DNA from: a bacterium
Lineage (GTDB): Bacteria; DUMJ01
DNA length: 64,000 bases
Direction of reading: 5' to 3'
Assembly (NCBI GenBank): GCA_049970495.1
Contig: JBMFMV010000001.1
Location: forward strand, 32,001-96,000
Under the pieces are notes generated by a model. That model searched no databases. It was not told where the DNA came from and saw only the letters and a program-made list of their open reading frames with translations. Positions 54,439 through 64,000 of the stretch are shown here, in pieces. The translations under genes and the position numbers were made by a program. Within the stretch, counting starts at the first letter, position 1. Each line of letters opens with the position of its first letter.

Positions 54439-54441
54439 AGA

Positions 54442-54675
54442 CTAATTTACCTCTCTATCTTCAAGTTCAGAGGTGAGATATAATTCTACCTCCATAAATT
54501 CTTCATCTGTTAATTCCCTAAGCATTCCTCCATCTATCCTCATTATAAATGCATTTACCGTTTCTCCTTGCGGAGCTAATATTATATACTCTTTATCCTT
54601 TATACTAAAGATATCTACCACTTGGAAATTGTTATAATTACCAAATTCATCCATTACCTTAATCAAATCCTCCAT
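54442..54675 (-). CDS. DUF1292-like small acidic protein
   Basis: DEFGN..FQVVDIF..KEYIILAP..LTDEEF; good SD. Confidence 0.65.
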   Translation of the reverse strand: MEDLIKVMDEFGNYNNFQVVDIFSIKDKEYIILAPQGETVNAFIMRIDGGMLRELTDEEFMEVELYLTSELEDREVN

Positions 54676-54771
54676 TGTACCCTCCTTACTAGATGGAGTT
54701 AGATACTCTTAGTTTTGTTTTGTATATTATATCATTTTAATACAAAAAGAGTCTATAAAATGTTTGGAGTA

Positions 54772-55977
54772 TCAGAGGAGAAAAGACATTATTGCTCCAG
54801 AAACTACAGGAACACTTAGGTTATCGTCTATTGGAAATGGGAATACCTCAACAACAGAGGCTATAATAGCTCCAGTAACTCCTACCCACAAAGGAAGCAT
54901 ATGTAATAACCACAAAAAATACGCAGAACTTATAGATATAGAGAGGAACCCAATAAGACCCTCTAGTGTCTTTTTAGACTCTGTGTTAAATATAACGGTC
55001 TTACCATAGTTTATTCCCACTATTTTTGCCATCATATCTCCAAAGACCAAAAAGCTGAGACTTGCTATTGCCACACTCTCTTTAAATAGTAAGAATGTAA
55101 GAAGAACCCCCATTAAAAAAGTTGTTATAGATGATATTCTTTTCCTTTCCTTCTCCTTATAAACCCTGAACCCTTTTGTTATTTCTCTGTCTAAAAGATC
55201 TCCTGTTTTCTTATGTAAAAGTCTCAAAATATCAGTTATAAACGACGCAGAGAGTATCGCCCCTATAAGAGTTATTAGTGCCTTTTTACCTATACCCATC
55301 TCAAGAAAAAGGAAGGACATTCCTGCGGGACGTATAAAGACTCTCCATAAAGGAAGATTTTCACTTTTAATGGTAAACATCTTTAAACGCCTCATATTCA
55401 TAACACTTACTACAAAGATAAACAATATAAGACCTAGGAGTAGAATCAGTTCACTAGAGAATTTGAGTAGTAATATAAGGACCAAAGCAAGCACCGGCAG
55501 AATGATAACCGCCAAGAAATTTTCGTCCCATGTAGAACAGTAAATACAAAGAGTAAAGAATGTAAGATAGACCAGAGAGTTTATTATATCTGAAGGTTTG
55601 AGCTCTCTTAATGTTACCTTAACTAGGGTAAAGATAAATATGCCAGTAGCGGTTGCTACTCCCCTTCCACCTCTAAAGCTTAGATAAAATGGGGCTATAT
55701 GACCAAGTATTGCAGATATCCCAGAGAGATATATTATAAATTCTGATGAGTGGAAGAATCTATTGGCTATAAACATAGCCAATAGCCCTTTTGTAGTATC
55801 GTAAATGCCTGTCAAAATAGCAGTATTAAAACCTAATGATCTTTTAACATTTGTAGTGCCAGGATTCCCATCCCCTAATGTTCGTATATCTATTCCTTTT
55901 GTCCACTTTGGAATAAGATAACCAGGAAGAATGGATCCTAGAAGATAGCCAACGACTAGGGAAAGGATATCTTTCAT
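54772..55977 (-). CDS. PlsY acyltransferase fused to SEC59/DGK1/VTE5-type CTP-dependent kinase domain
   Basis: N-terminal YLLGSI, DIRTLGDGNPGTTN, GHIAP..FRGGRGVAT; C-terminal GDMMAKIVG..YGK..KKTLEG..VE..DDNL. Confidence 0.78.
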   Translation of the reverse strand: MKDILSLVVGYLLGSILPGYLIPKWTKGIDIRTLGDGNPGTTNVKRSLGFNTAILTGIYDTTKGLLAMFIANRFFHSSEFIIYLSGISAILGHIAPFYLSFRGGRGVATATGIFIFTLVKVTLRELKPSDIINSLVYLTFFTLCIYCSTWDENFLAVIILPVLALVLILLLKFSSELILLLGLILFIFVVSVMNMRRLKMFTIKSENLPLWRVFIRPAGMSFLFLEMGIGKKALITLIGAILSASFITDILRLLHKKTGDLLDREITKGFRVYKEKERKRISSITTFLMGVLLTFLLFKESVAIASLSFLVFGDMMAKIVGINYGKTVIFNTESKKTLEGLIGFLSISISSAYFLWLLHMLPLWVGVTGAIIASVVEVFPFPIDDNLSVPVVSGAIMSFLL

Positions 55978-57752
55978 CGTTTTACAACTTTCTCTAAGAA
56001 GACTTCTACTAACCTCGGATCAAATTGAGATCCGCTACATCTTCTAATCTCTTCTATAGCTTTTTCTAATGGTATTGCTTCTCTATAGGGCCTTTCACTT
56101 CTCATGGAAACAAAGGCATCAACAATAGAGATAATCCTAGAAAGAAATGGTATATTGTAATCCTTTAATCCTTGAGGATAACCAGAACCATCCCAACGTT
56201 CGTGATGACAGAGTATATACTCAGCTATACCCGCTAGTTCTGGTACTGACTGAACTATCCTATATCCAGCAGATGGATGTTTCTTTATGACCTCCCATTC
56301 CTCTTGGGAAAGATGACCTTTCTCTAAAATTTCTCTCGGTACAATTATCATCCCTATATCGTGAAGTCTAGCGGCAAGTATAAGATTTTCTAACTCTCTT
56401 CCAGATAGACCAAGGACCTTTCCAAACTTATTAGACAGCTCTTCCACTTCTCTGATATGCTCATCTGATTCATAGGTTACCTCACGTAGTTTGTCTAATA
56501 GGAATTGCATAATAGATTGCCTTATCTGTCTACTTTCTGCCAGTTTTCTTTTGTACATATTGTCTTCTGCATCTTTAAGCACTTCTTCTATAGGTTTTTC
56601 ATACGTATATTTTATTGCGTATCCTACTGAGATAGAAAGAGGAATAGGTATAGGATCAGAGAGCTGAGAGTTTTTATAAATCCTTTCAACTATGCTATTT
56701 AAAATCTCCTCGGTTATATTTGGAAATAGTATAACAAACTCGTCTCCTCCCCACCTAGCTATAATGTCTTCTTTTCTACAGGACATCTTTAGTAATTTCC
56801 CGGCCTCTATTAAAAACTTATCCCCTTCTTCGTGACCAAAGACATCATTCACAAGCTTAAGTCCATTTACATCCCCCATCAAGATACCTAATGGTAAAGA
56901 CCTAGGAGTATCTAATCTTCTAAGTTCCTCATAGAAGAATGCTCTATTATACAATCCGGTAAGAATATCATGAAAGCTCAAAAATCTCAATCTTTCCTCT
57001 AATTCTTTCTTTTCAGTTATATCTCTCACATGCTCTACAACACCGATTATACTTCCATTATGATTGTGAAGCGGATAGGAATATAATTCTAACCATCCCT
57101 TAGCCCCTTCTGGACCAACATATGGAACTATCGCACTACTTAGGGAGTTGGTTTCCATAGCTCGTATAGTAGGGCAAAAACTACATATAGTATCTCTCTG
57201 ATGGAAAGCAAAATAACACTTCTTTCCCTCTAAGGGAGCCATATGAGGGTATAGTTGAACCATTTTGTCATTTACTCTTACTATATTCAAGTCTCTATCC
57301 ACTACACTTAAACCATCTTGAATAGCATTAAATATAGAGGATAAGAACTCTTCCTCTTTTTTCAAAGCAAGCTCTATCTGTTTTTTCTCTGTTATATCCT
57401 GAACATATCCCTGAAGGATAATTTTCTCTTCGTCTTTTAACAGAATGGTAACATCAAAGACCCAACGGATATCGTTATCTTTATTTATAATTCTATACTC
57501 GCTTCTAGCTGTACAATTTGGTATACTCAGCAATTTATTTCTCTCTTCCTCTATCCTTGATAGATCTTGAGGATGTATCAAATCTCTCCAAATAATCTTC
57601 CCACTGTAAAAATCTTCCTTCGTATAACCGGTTATCTCTTCTATTTTACCTTCCAGGAATAATACTTTAGATGTACCAAATTCTATCTCATAGAGAAAAC
57701 CCTGAAAGTTCTCTATAATTTGCTGAAGCCTCCTATAACTATCAATAGGCAA
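55974..57752 (-). CDS. PAS-PAS-GGDEF-HD-GYP c-di-GMP enzyme
   Basis: HDILTGLYNR, RKED I-site, GGDEF, LHDIG, HHERWDGSGYP, QFDP. Confidence 0.92.
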   Translation of the reverse strand: MPIDSYRRLQQIIENFQGFLYEIEFGTSKVLFLEGKIEEITGYTKEDFYSGKIIWRDLIHPQDLSRIEEERNKLLSIPNCTARSEYRIINKDNDIRWVFDVTILLKDEEKIILQGYVQDITEKKQIELALKKEEEFLSSIFNAIQDGLSVVDRDLNIVRVNDKMVQLYPHMAPLEGKKCYFAFHQRDTICSFCPTIRAMETNSLSSAIVPYVGPEGAKGWLELYSYPLHNHNGSIIGVVEHVRDITEKKELEERLRFLSFHDILTGLYNRAFFYEELRRLDTPRSLPLGILMGDVNGLKLVNDVFGHEEGDKFLIEAGKLLKMSCRKEDIIARWGGDEFVILFPNITEEILNSIVERIYKNSQLSDPIPIPLSISVGYAIKYTYEKPIEEVLKDAEDNMYKRKLAESRQIRQSIMQFLLDKLREVTYESDEHIREVEELSNKFGKVLGLSGRELENLILAARLHDIGMIIVPREILEKGHLSQEEWEVIKKHPSAGYRIVQSVPELAGIAEYILCHHERWDGSGYPQGLKDYNIPFLSRIISIVDAFVSMRSERPYREAIPLEKAIEEIRRCSGSQFDPRLVEVFLEKVVKR

Positions 57753-57791
57753 TCATTATTCCCCTTTCTTCCTAAAATTCTTTATGCCTTT

Positions 57792-57820
57792 ATTCTATAA
57801 AAAAGATAAATCTTTTTCAA
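57792..57820 (-). promoter_or_regulatory. sigma70 promoter of the c-di-GMP enzyme operon
   Basis: TTGAAA-17-TAGAAT. Confidence 0.55.
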
Positions 57821-57935
57821 GTAGAGGTATATTCATAAGTCTATTAATTTTATACTTAAAAATATATTTTAGCTGATATCTACTCATAGTCGACCTAAAT
57901 TTTAAGACTTTCAGGGAATGCCACCCCTGCAAAAG

Positions 57936-57974
57936 TTAAGCCTAGGGTAATTTATTCTCTAACCCTAGGCTTAA
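57936..57974 (-). terminator. Hairpin after GH4 gene
   Basis: TTAAGCCTAGGGT..ACCCTAGGCTTAA 13-bp stem, CTTTT downstream on the minus strand. Confidence 0.75.
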
Positions 57975-57997
57975 TATATACAATTAGTCTCTAAACC

Positions 57998-59386
57998 CTA
58001 CAAAGAAAACGTGCTCTGAAGGTATTCCTTAGTATTGTCTATCATTTCATTGAACAATTCTTTAGCCTTATATACAGTTAACCTTTCTATGGCAGGATCA
58101 TTTAGAAATGCCCTCCTAGCAAGGTTAAGATCTTTTTCTAGTACAGACCTTACAATTAACTCCTGATTGGTTATATGTCGTATCATTATACTTGCCAGAT
58201 CTAGTGGTAATTCACCTGCATATACAGGACGGACGTCATCTCTAGTAAAGACTGCATTAGTCTCTACAATTGCGCCAATTGGGAGATTGGATACTTGACC
58301 TCTATTTGGAAGATTGACATTTGTTACAAAAGTATCTAGGCCAAAGACGGCTCTCATCTGCATAACACCTTCTTCTCCAGACGGAATTAGTGGTATATCC
58401 TTTTGTCCAGAGGCAAATTCTTTACTAAGTTCAATCAATCTTTCTCTATTCTTTATTCTCCACTCAACAGGGGTCAAAGAGAATTTCCACCTTCTTACCG
58501 TCTCTCTATCGGTAAGATATATATGCGGAATAAACTCAGCTAGATGCCTATCTCCAGCTGCTCCTATAAGCCCAAATCTTCTAAATAGATCAAATTTAAC
58601 CCTATTTGCAGAGGCAAAGTAATCTCTCTCCCAACGCCCTTTCTCTTTTTCATAACCTTCCTCATAATACTCTTCTATAAATTTATCGTATAAGGGAAAC
58701 AGGTCAATTGATTTATATGAAGCCTTATCAAACCAGGTAAAGTGATTTATTCCTAAGACATTAACCTTAATGTCTCTTCTAGAAATCTTAATATCTTCAC
58801 CATGATAATGCTTAACTACATCTACTAGCAATTCCTGTGTTCCAAATACCTCATGGCAACATCCAAATGCCTTTATCTTAGGGAAGACTTCATAAAGCGT
58901 CTTGATGCATATAGCCATAGGATTTGTATAATTAATCACCCATGCGTCTGGGCAGTTCCTCTTTATCCCCTCTGCAAATTCTACGTACATTGGTACTGTT
59001 CTCAAACCTCTTATAAGTCCGCCAGGACCTGTTGTATCTCCTACTGATTGGTATATCCCATACTTCTCAGGGGCATGGACATCTGAATACATCTCCCTAA
59101 ATGTCCCTGGTAATATCGAAATAACTACCAGATCGGCACCATACAAGGCTTCATCAAGTGTCTTTACTGCTACATAACTCCACTTTCCAGAGACTTCTGG
59201 TTTATTCGAAATCTTGTTCCCTATGATCTCATTAGTCTTAGCAGCCTCATAATCAATATCGTAGAGTCTAACAGTCCCTCTTAAATCTTTTTCAAGTGCC
59301 AAATCAGTCATCAATTTCCAAGCCCAACCCCTTGAGCCTCCACCTATATAAGCAATCTTTATATCTTCTAATACATCCTTACCCAA
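57998..59386 (-). CDS. GH4 alpha-galacturonidase (LplD-like)
   Basis: YIGGGSRGWA, YQSVGDTTGPGG, CCHEV motif typical of GH4 galacturonidases. Confidence 0.87.
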   Translation of the reverse strand: MGKDVLEDIKIAYIGGGSRGWAWKLMTDLALEKDLRGTVRLYDIDYEAAKTNEIIGNKISNKPEVSGKWSYVAVKTLDEALYGADLVVISILPGTFREMYSDVHAPEKYGIYQSVGDTTGPGGLIRGLRTVPMYVEFAEGIKRNCPDAWVINYTNPMAICIKTLYEVFPKIKAFGCCHEVFGTQELLVDVVKHYHGEDIKISRRDIKVNVLGINHFTWFDKASYKSIDLFPLYDKFIEEYYEEGYEKEKGRWERDYFASANRVKFDLFRRFGLIGAAGDRHLAEFIPHIYLTDRETVRRWKFSLTPVEWRIKNRERLIELSKEFASGQKDIPLIPSGEEGVMQMRAVFGLDTFVTNVNLPNRGQVSNLPIGAIVETNAVFTRDDVRPVYAGELPLDLASIMIRHITNQELIVRSVLEKDLNLARRAFLNDPAIERLTVYKAKELFNEMIDNTKEYLQSTFSL

Positions 59387-59432
59387 TTTAAACCCTCCAA
59401 AAGAGTTTTCTTTTAGAGATATTTTATCATGT

Positions 59433-59861
59433 CTAAGAAGATCTTATCAGTTTTCCTACGTGTGTACCAGGAAAGACGGTCCTTGCCAGTTTAGGGTCTT
59501 CTATCTTTAGTATAGCCACCTCACATATGGAAAGGATTAGGCATCCCTCTTCTAAATGTCCACTGAATGATTTGAAATCTCTATTCACTATAGAGATATG
59601 TAGATGTGGTTCACCATTTGCTACTATTCCCTGTAAAGAGACAATCTCTAAAGGACCTTCAAACTCTAAAAAATCATCCTTTGGTGGAAAGTCATTAGAA
59701 GCTACCATATGGATTCTTGCCTTCAAAAGACTACCCACTCCGGAAACTACAACCCCTGTATCTAATTTATTATCCTTTATTGCCTTTACAATACTTTTTA
59801 ACAAATCTTCTCCTCTATCTACCCGACAAAACAAAAATTGCTTTCCGTCTATTATCTCCAT
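59433..59861 (-). CDS. PPC/DUF296 domain protein
   Basis: GVGSL, LEIVSLQG, PHLHISI, GHL. Confidence 0.85.
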   Translation of the reverse strand: MEIIDGKQFLFCRVDRGEDLLKSIVKAIKDNKLDTGVVVSGVGSLLKARIHMVASNDFPPKDDFLEFEGPLEIVSLQGIVANGEPHLHISIVNRDFKSFSGHLEEGCLILSICEVAILKIEDPKLARTVFPGTHVGKLIRSS

Positions 59862-59870
59862 ACTTCCCTC

Positions 59871-61313
59871 CTATCCGAGGACTATAAATACCGTCTTCCA
59901 CTCAGTAAATAGGTCTATTGCAGTTGTCCCTTGCTCTCTCTCACCATTTCCAGAAGACTTGATCCCTCCAAAGGGACCATTTATCTCTGCACCTGTTGGA
60001 GGGGCATTTATATAAACTACACCAGACTCTAGAAGTTCCATAGCCTTAAAGCTTTTTTTAAGGTCTTTTGTATATATTGAAGCAGAGAGACCATACTCTG
60101 TACTATTAGCTATTTCTATTGCATCATCAAAATCCTTTGCCTTCATTATACAAACAACAGGGCCAAAGATCTCTTCCTTTGCAATCTTCATCTCAGGAGT
60201 TACGTCTATAAATACCGTAGGTTCAAAGAAAAATCCCTTAGAAAATTTATCGCCACTTAAAACATTTCCTCCATATTCAAGTCTTGCCCCTTCTTTTATG
60301 CCTAAATCTACATAGTATCTTACCCTATTCAACTGAGACTCACTTACAAGGGGTCCCATATCTGTATCTTTATCCATTCCATCTCCAACTCTTATCTTTT
60401 TTACCTTTTCCAAGAACATATCTACAAACTTATCGTAGATCCTCTCTTCTACGATAATTCTACTTGCTGCCGTACACTTCTGGCCAGTAGCACCATAAGC
60501 TCCCGATACACATCCATCTAAAGCAGATTCTAAATCTGCATCTTCTAATACTATTACCGGATTCTTTCCTCCTAGTTCTAACCCAACCTTCTTTATCTGT
60601 TCCCCACATATAGAACCTATCCTTCTACCAGTCTCTACAGAGCCAGTAAAAGATACTACACCTACATCAGGATGTTTAACTATCTCCAGTCCTACAGACT
60701 CCCCAGAACCCTGTACTAGATTTAAAACCCCTGGAGGTAAACCTGCATCTTCTAATAATTTTACAAATTGCTGAGCTACTAGTGGTGTTTCTCTTGATGG
60801 TTTAAAGATAACAGTATTACCAGCTATAAGTGCTGGCATAATCTTTCTTACCGGTAGTAATAGAGGAAAGTTCCACGGGGTAATTATACCAGCAACACCT
60901 ACAGGCTCTCTGAGATAGATAATATATTTGTCCCTTTTCTCAGAAGGCACGGTCTCTCCTATTAGTCTTCTCCCCTCTCCTGCAGAATAGTAAACCATAT
61001 CTATGCTTATCTGAACCTCACCAAGTGATTCTTTAAGAGTCTTTCCCATCTCTTTTGTAATTGTCTCTGCAAGTTTTTCCTTTTCTTTTTCCATAAGTTT
61101 TGCTATATTGAAAAGTATTTTACCTCTTTCAGGGGCGGGTATCTTTCTCCAGTCTTTCTGAGCCTTCTTTGCACTAGCTACCGCTAGTTCTACATCTTCT
61201 TTACCGGACAGGGGAAACTCTCCCAGTACCTCATCCTTATCGGCAGGATTTATACTTTTAAATGTTCTTCCAGTACTAGCATTTGTTAGCCACTTTCCAC
61301 CTATATAGTTCAC
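59871..61313 (-). CDS. Aldehyde dehydrogenase
   Basis: PWNFP, FTGS, LELGGKN, GQKCTA, EEIFGP. Confidence 0.93.
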   Translation of the reverse strand: MNYIGGKWLTNASTGRTFKSINPADKDEVLGEFPLSGKEDVELAVASAKKAQKDWRKIPAPERGKILFNIAKLMEKEKEKLAETITKEMGKTLKESLGEVQISIDMVYYSAGEGRRLIGETVPSEKRDKYIIYLREPVGVAGIITPWNFPLLLPVRKIMPALIAGNTVIFKPSRETPLVAQQFVKLLEDAGLPPGVLNLVQGSGESVGLEIVKHPDVGVVSFTGSVETGRRIGSICGEQIKKVGLELGGKNPVIVLEDADLESALDGCVSGAYGATGQKCTAASRIIVEERIYDKFVDMFLEKVKKIRVGDGMDKDTDMGPLVSESQLNRVRYYVDLGIKEGARLEYGGNVLSGDKFSKGFFFEPTVFIDVTPEMKIAKEEIFGPVVCIMKAKDFDDAIEIANSTEYGLSASIYTKDLKKSFKAMELLESGVVYINAPPTGAEINGPFGGIKSSGNGEREQGTTAIDLFTEWKTVFIVLG

Positions 61314-62203
61314 TTACTTGCCACCTCTATTCCCAAGAGTTTCTCCCATACCTTAATAACTGCAGACTGATTTTCTTCACCGTGACCTAGATTCTTTACT
61401 GCAGTGAATAGTTGGCTTGCAGTAGCACCCATAAATAGAGGGACTTCTACATTTTTTGCAAGGTCCAAAGCTAGATTTATATCTTTACTTGCCAGTTTAG
61501 CTTTAAATCCAGGATTAAAATCTCTAGATAAGATCCCAGGGATTTGGGTCCTCAAGATAAAACTATCTGCAGCAGTATTTATTAGGACTTCATAGAGGAC
61601 CTTTGGATCTACCCCAAGTTTTGTCCCTAGGGCAAAAGATTCTGCCACTATTGCCATATTAGATATACTTATAAGATTACCCAGTAGTTTTACTATATGC
61701 CCCTGACCATTAGAGCCGACATAGAATATATCCTTTCCCATAGCTTCTAATACCGGTCTACACTTATCTAAAACTTCTTTCTTTCCTCCAACCATTATGC
61801 AGAGATTACCCTCTTGAGCGCCCTTTACTCCTCTACTTACAGGAGCATCGAGCATTTCTACTCCTTTTTCTCTTAACTTTTCTGCTATCATTACTGTAGA
61901 CTGAGGCATACTTGTACCCATATCTATCACAACGCTTCCAGGTTTTATCCCTTCTATAATTCCATCCTTACCAAGGATAACCTCTTCTACTTCTTTAGAA
62001 CTTGGTAACATAGTAATTACTATGTTAGATTCTTGGGCAACCCCTTTTGGTGTATTTACCACCTTTGCGCCAAGATCTTTTAAAATATTTACAGGCTCCA
62101 TATTCTTATGTGGCATAATAACCAAAGGAAATCCCTTTTTTATTATATTTTTAGCCATAGGAAGTCCCATAGCTCCTAAACCTATAAAACCGACAACCTC
62201 CAT
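61310..62203 (-). CDS. Beta-hydroxyacid dehydrogenase (GarR/MmsB/YihU family)
   Basis: GFIGLGAMG, DAPVSRG, VKLLGN, KDINLA; start probably ATG 62203. Confidence 0.88.
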   Translation of the reverse strand: MEVVGFIGLGAMGLPMAKNIIKKGFPLVIMPHKNMEPVNILKDLGAKVVNTPKGVAQESNIVITMLPSSKEVEEVILGKDGIIEGIKPGSVVIDMGTSMPQSTVMIAEKLREKGVEMLDAPVSRGVKGAQEGNLCIMVGGKKEVLDKCRPVLEAMGKDIFYVGSNGQGHIVKLLGNLISISNMAIVAESFALGTKLGVDPKVLYEVLINTAADSFILRTQIPGILSRDFNPGFKAKLASKDINLALDLAKNVEVPLFMGATASQLFTAVKNLGHGEENQSAVIKVWEKLLGIEVASK

Positions 62204-62207
62204 AGTC

Positions 62208-63377
62208 TCACTCTCCTTCATAACTAGCTTCTAATATAGATATAAGATCTTCTTTCTTACAAACTCTAGGATTTACAGTCAAATTCCCACTCTTCGTAGC
62301 CTCTTGGGCAATTTTATCAAAGTCCTCCCTCTTTACCCCAACAGACTTTAAACCTTTAGGTAGTCCTATATCTCTTATCAGTTCTTTTACCGCTTTAATA
62401 GATTTTAACGCAGTCTCCCTTATAGTACTCCCGGAAGATTCTCCCATTGCAATAGCAATCTCTGCATAACCCTCTAGATTTCCAGGAAGATTAAACTCCA
62501 TTACATAGGGAAGGACTAACGCATTAGCTAATCCATGAGGAAGCCTAATATCCCAGCTTCCTAAAGGCATAGCTAAAGCATGAGCAATACCTAATCTGGT
62601 ATGTCTAAAAGACATCCCTGCTAATAAACTAGCAAGAAGCATATTGGTCCTTGCCTGCAAGTCTTCTCCTCTAGATACTGCTCTCCTCAAGTTATTTGAT
62701 ATAAGTCTTATACTCTCTAGGGCAAGAGCTTTTGTAACTGGAGTGGCAACAGTAGTTACATATGATTCAATCGCATGTGTCAGAGCATCCATACCAGTCA
62801 TTGCAGTTACACTTGGTGGCATAGAGACTGTAAGTATTGGATCACATATAGCCGCTTTTGGAGTCAAAAGGTCACTCCCTATACTTATCTTTGTCATATC
62901 TATACTATTAGTCAGGACAGAAAAGATTGTTAGTTCACTAGCAGTACCAGAAGTTGTAGGAACAGCTATAATAGGTAGTGGGGCATTTTTGACTTTGTTT
63001 ATCCCTATATAATCTATGAGTGTCCCTTCTCTGTTAGTTACTCTCATGGCAACTGCCTTAGCAGAATCCATAGAACTTCCACCGCCGATACCTATAACTA
63101 CATTACATCCCTCTTTTATAGCCATGTCTGTTGCCTTCTCAACTGTAGTATCTAAAGGATTTGGCTCCACCTCGTCAAATATGACAAACTCTATACTATC
63201 TTTTGAAAGAATATCCTTTATCCCTTCTAACATCCCAGAATTTACTATACCTCTATCAGTAACTATAAGAGCTTTAGATCCCCAAAATTCTTTTATCCTT
63301 TTACCAAGTTCTTTTATACATCCGCAACCAAAAACTATGAGTGTAGGAATACTAAACACAAAGTTAAGGTTATTCAT
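62208..63377 (-). CDS. Iron-containing alcohol dehydrogenase
   Basis: GGGSSMD, PTTSGTASE, DALTHAIE, AHALA, PHGLAN. Confidence 0.92.
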   Translation of the reverse strand: MNNLNFVFSIPTLIVFGCGCIKELGKRIKEFWGSKALIVTDRGIVNSGMLEGIKDILSKDSIEFVIFDEVEPNPLDTTVEKATDMAIKEGCNVVIGIGGGSSMDSAKAVAMRVTNREGTLIDYIGINKVKNAPLPIIAVPTTSGTASELTIFSVLTNSIDMTKISIGSDLLTPKAAICDPILTVSMPPSVTAMTGMDALTHAIESYVTTVATPVTKALALESIRLISNNLRRAVSRGEDLQARTNMLLASLLAGMSFRHTRLGIAHALAMPLGSWDIRLPHGLANALVLPYVMEFNLPGNLEGYAEIAIAMGESSGSTIRETALKSIKAVKELIRDIGLPKGLKSVGVKREDFDKIAQEATKSGNLTVNPRVCKKEDLISILEASYEGE

Positions 63378-63391
63378 CTCCTACCATCTCC

Positions 63392-64000
63392 TTATAATGG
63401 GAATCTAACAGATACTAATTCCCCAACTTCTCTTAACTCTTTAATAACTTCTGGACTAAGTTGAACCCCTGTCTTTTGGTTTTCCACATATCTTCTAAAC
63501 TCTATCTCTCCTGGAAGTAATATCTCATCTACCCCCTTTGCCTTAGGTAAACCCTTTATTTCCTGTCTCATCAATTCAATTCTCTCTTTAAATTCTTCAA
63601 CTGGACAAAAACTTGCTATATTGAATACCATCATAAAATTACCTACGTTCTGTGGCTTAGAAAAATCATCGTATAGAGAACCTATATGTGAGCCGAACTC
63701 TGCACCACTCAAGATACCGCTAAATATATCTATCATTATGGCTATACCAGAACCTTTAGGTCCTCCAAAAGGTAAGACTGCCCCTTTTAATGCAGATTCT
63801 GGGTCTGTAGTAAATTCTCCATCTGGATCAACCGCCCATCCCTCTGGGATAGTCTTACCCTCTTTTGCTGCTAGAATAATCTTACCCCTAGCAACAATAC
63901 TGGTAGCCATATCTAAAAGAATAGGGGGGAAGTTTTTTGTTGGTACTCCAAATGCTATCGGATTTGTCCCAAGGTATGGGACCCTTGCTCCCCATGGAGC
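63392..64000 (-). CDS. Ldh_2 family oxidoreductase (AllD/ComC/YiaK-like), 5' end beyond window
   Basis: APWG..LGTNPIAF..LDMATS..GWAVD..GGPKGSG..LPGE. Confidence 0.88.
   Translation of the reverse strand, partial: APWGARVPYLGTNPIAFGVPTKNFPPILLDMATSIVARGKIILAAKEGKTIPEGWAVDPDGEFTTDPESALKGAVLPFGGPKGSGIAIMIDIFSGILSGAEFGSHIGSLYDDFSKPQNVGNFMMVFNIASFCPVEEFKERIELMRQEIKGLPKAKGVDEILLPGEIEFRRYVENQKTGVQLSPEVIKELREVGELVSVRFPL

Noticed and set aside
57753..57935. c-di-GMP riboswitch upstream of the GGDEF/HD-GYP gene
   Set aside because: No recognisable class I/II motif, and the predicted promoter leaves only a short leader.
1..64000. CRISPR array, tRNA/rRNA genes, defence island
   Set aside because: Intergenic spaces are short and show no repeat-spacer or cloverleaf patterns; no cas, restriction or toxin genes were recognised.

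Overview
Gene-dense, AT-rich bacterial chromosome segment, probably from a thermophilic anaerobic sugar fermenter. A Dictyoglomota-like origin is my inference from protein character and codon style and is not verified. Core genes include a uvrB-uvrA-uvrC-ogt-yvlD-pyrF-Nudix operon, greA-lysS-radA-disA-ispD-ispF-gltX-cysS-rlmB, leuS-comEA-comEC-holA, rpsT, and a split metG followed by tatD and comF. These are interspersed with carbohydrate genes: GH3, two GH4, a GH123-like protein, ThuA, three Gfo/Idh/MocA domains (one fused to a ThuA-like domain) and a family-5 ABC importer. There is also a phoA-pstS operon with a Pho-box-like repeat array, a c-di-GMP enzyme coupled to a PlsY/CTP-dependent-kinase fusion, and a four-dehydrogenase cluster at the right edge. 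Not shown in the ORF track: the GH3 gene, rubredoxin, a 59-aa membrane protein, and an internally deleted IS1634-type element next to a decapitated ABC exporter gene. I found no rRNA, tRNA, CRISPR array, prophage or defence system. The best candidates for undescribed biology are the PlsY-kinase fusion, the ThuA-Gfo fusion with related redox glycoside enzymes, the PK-C/Gfo/rubredoxin operon and the terminal dehydrogenase cluster; all are hypotheses.
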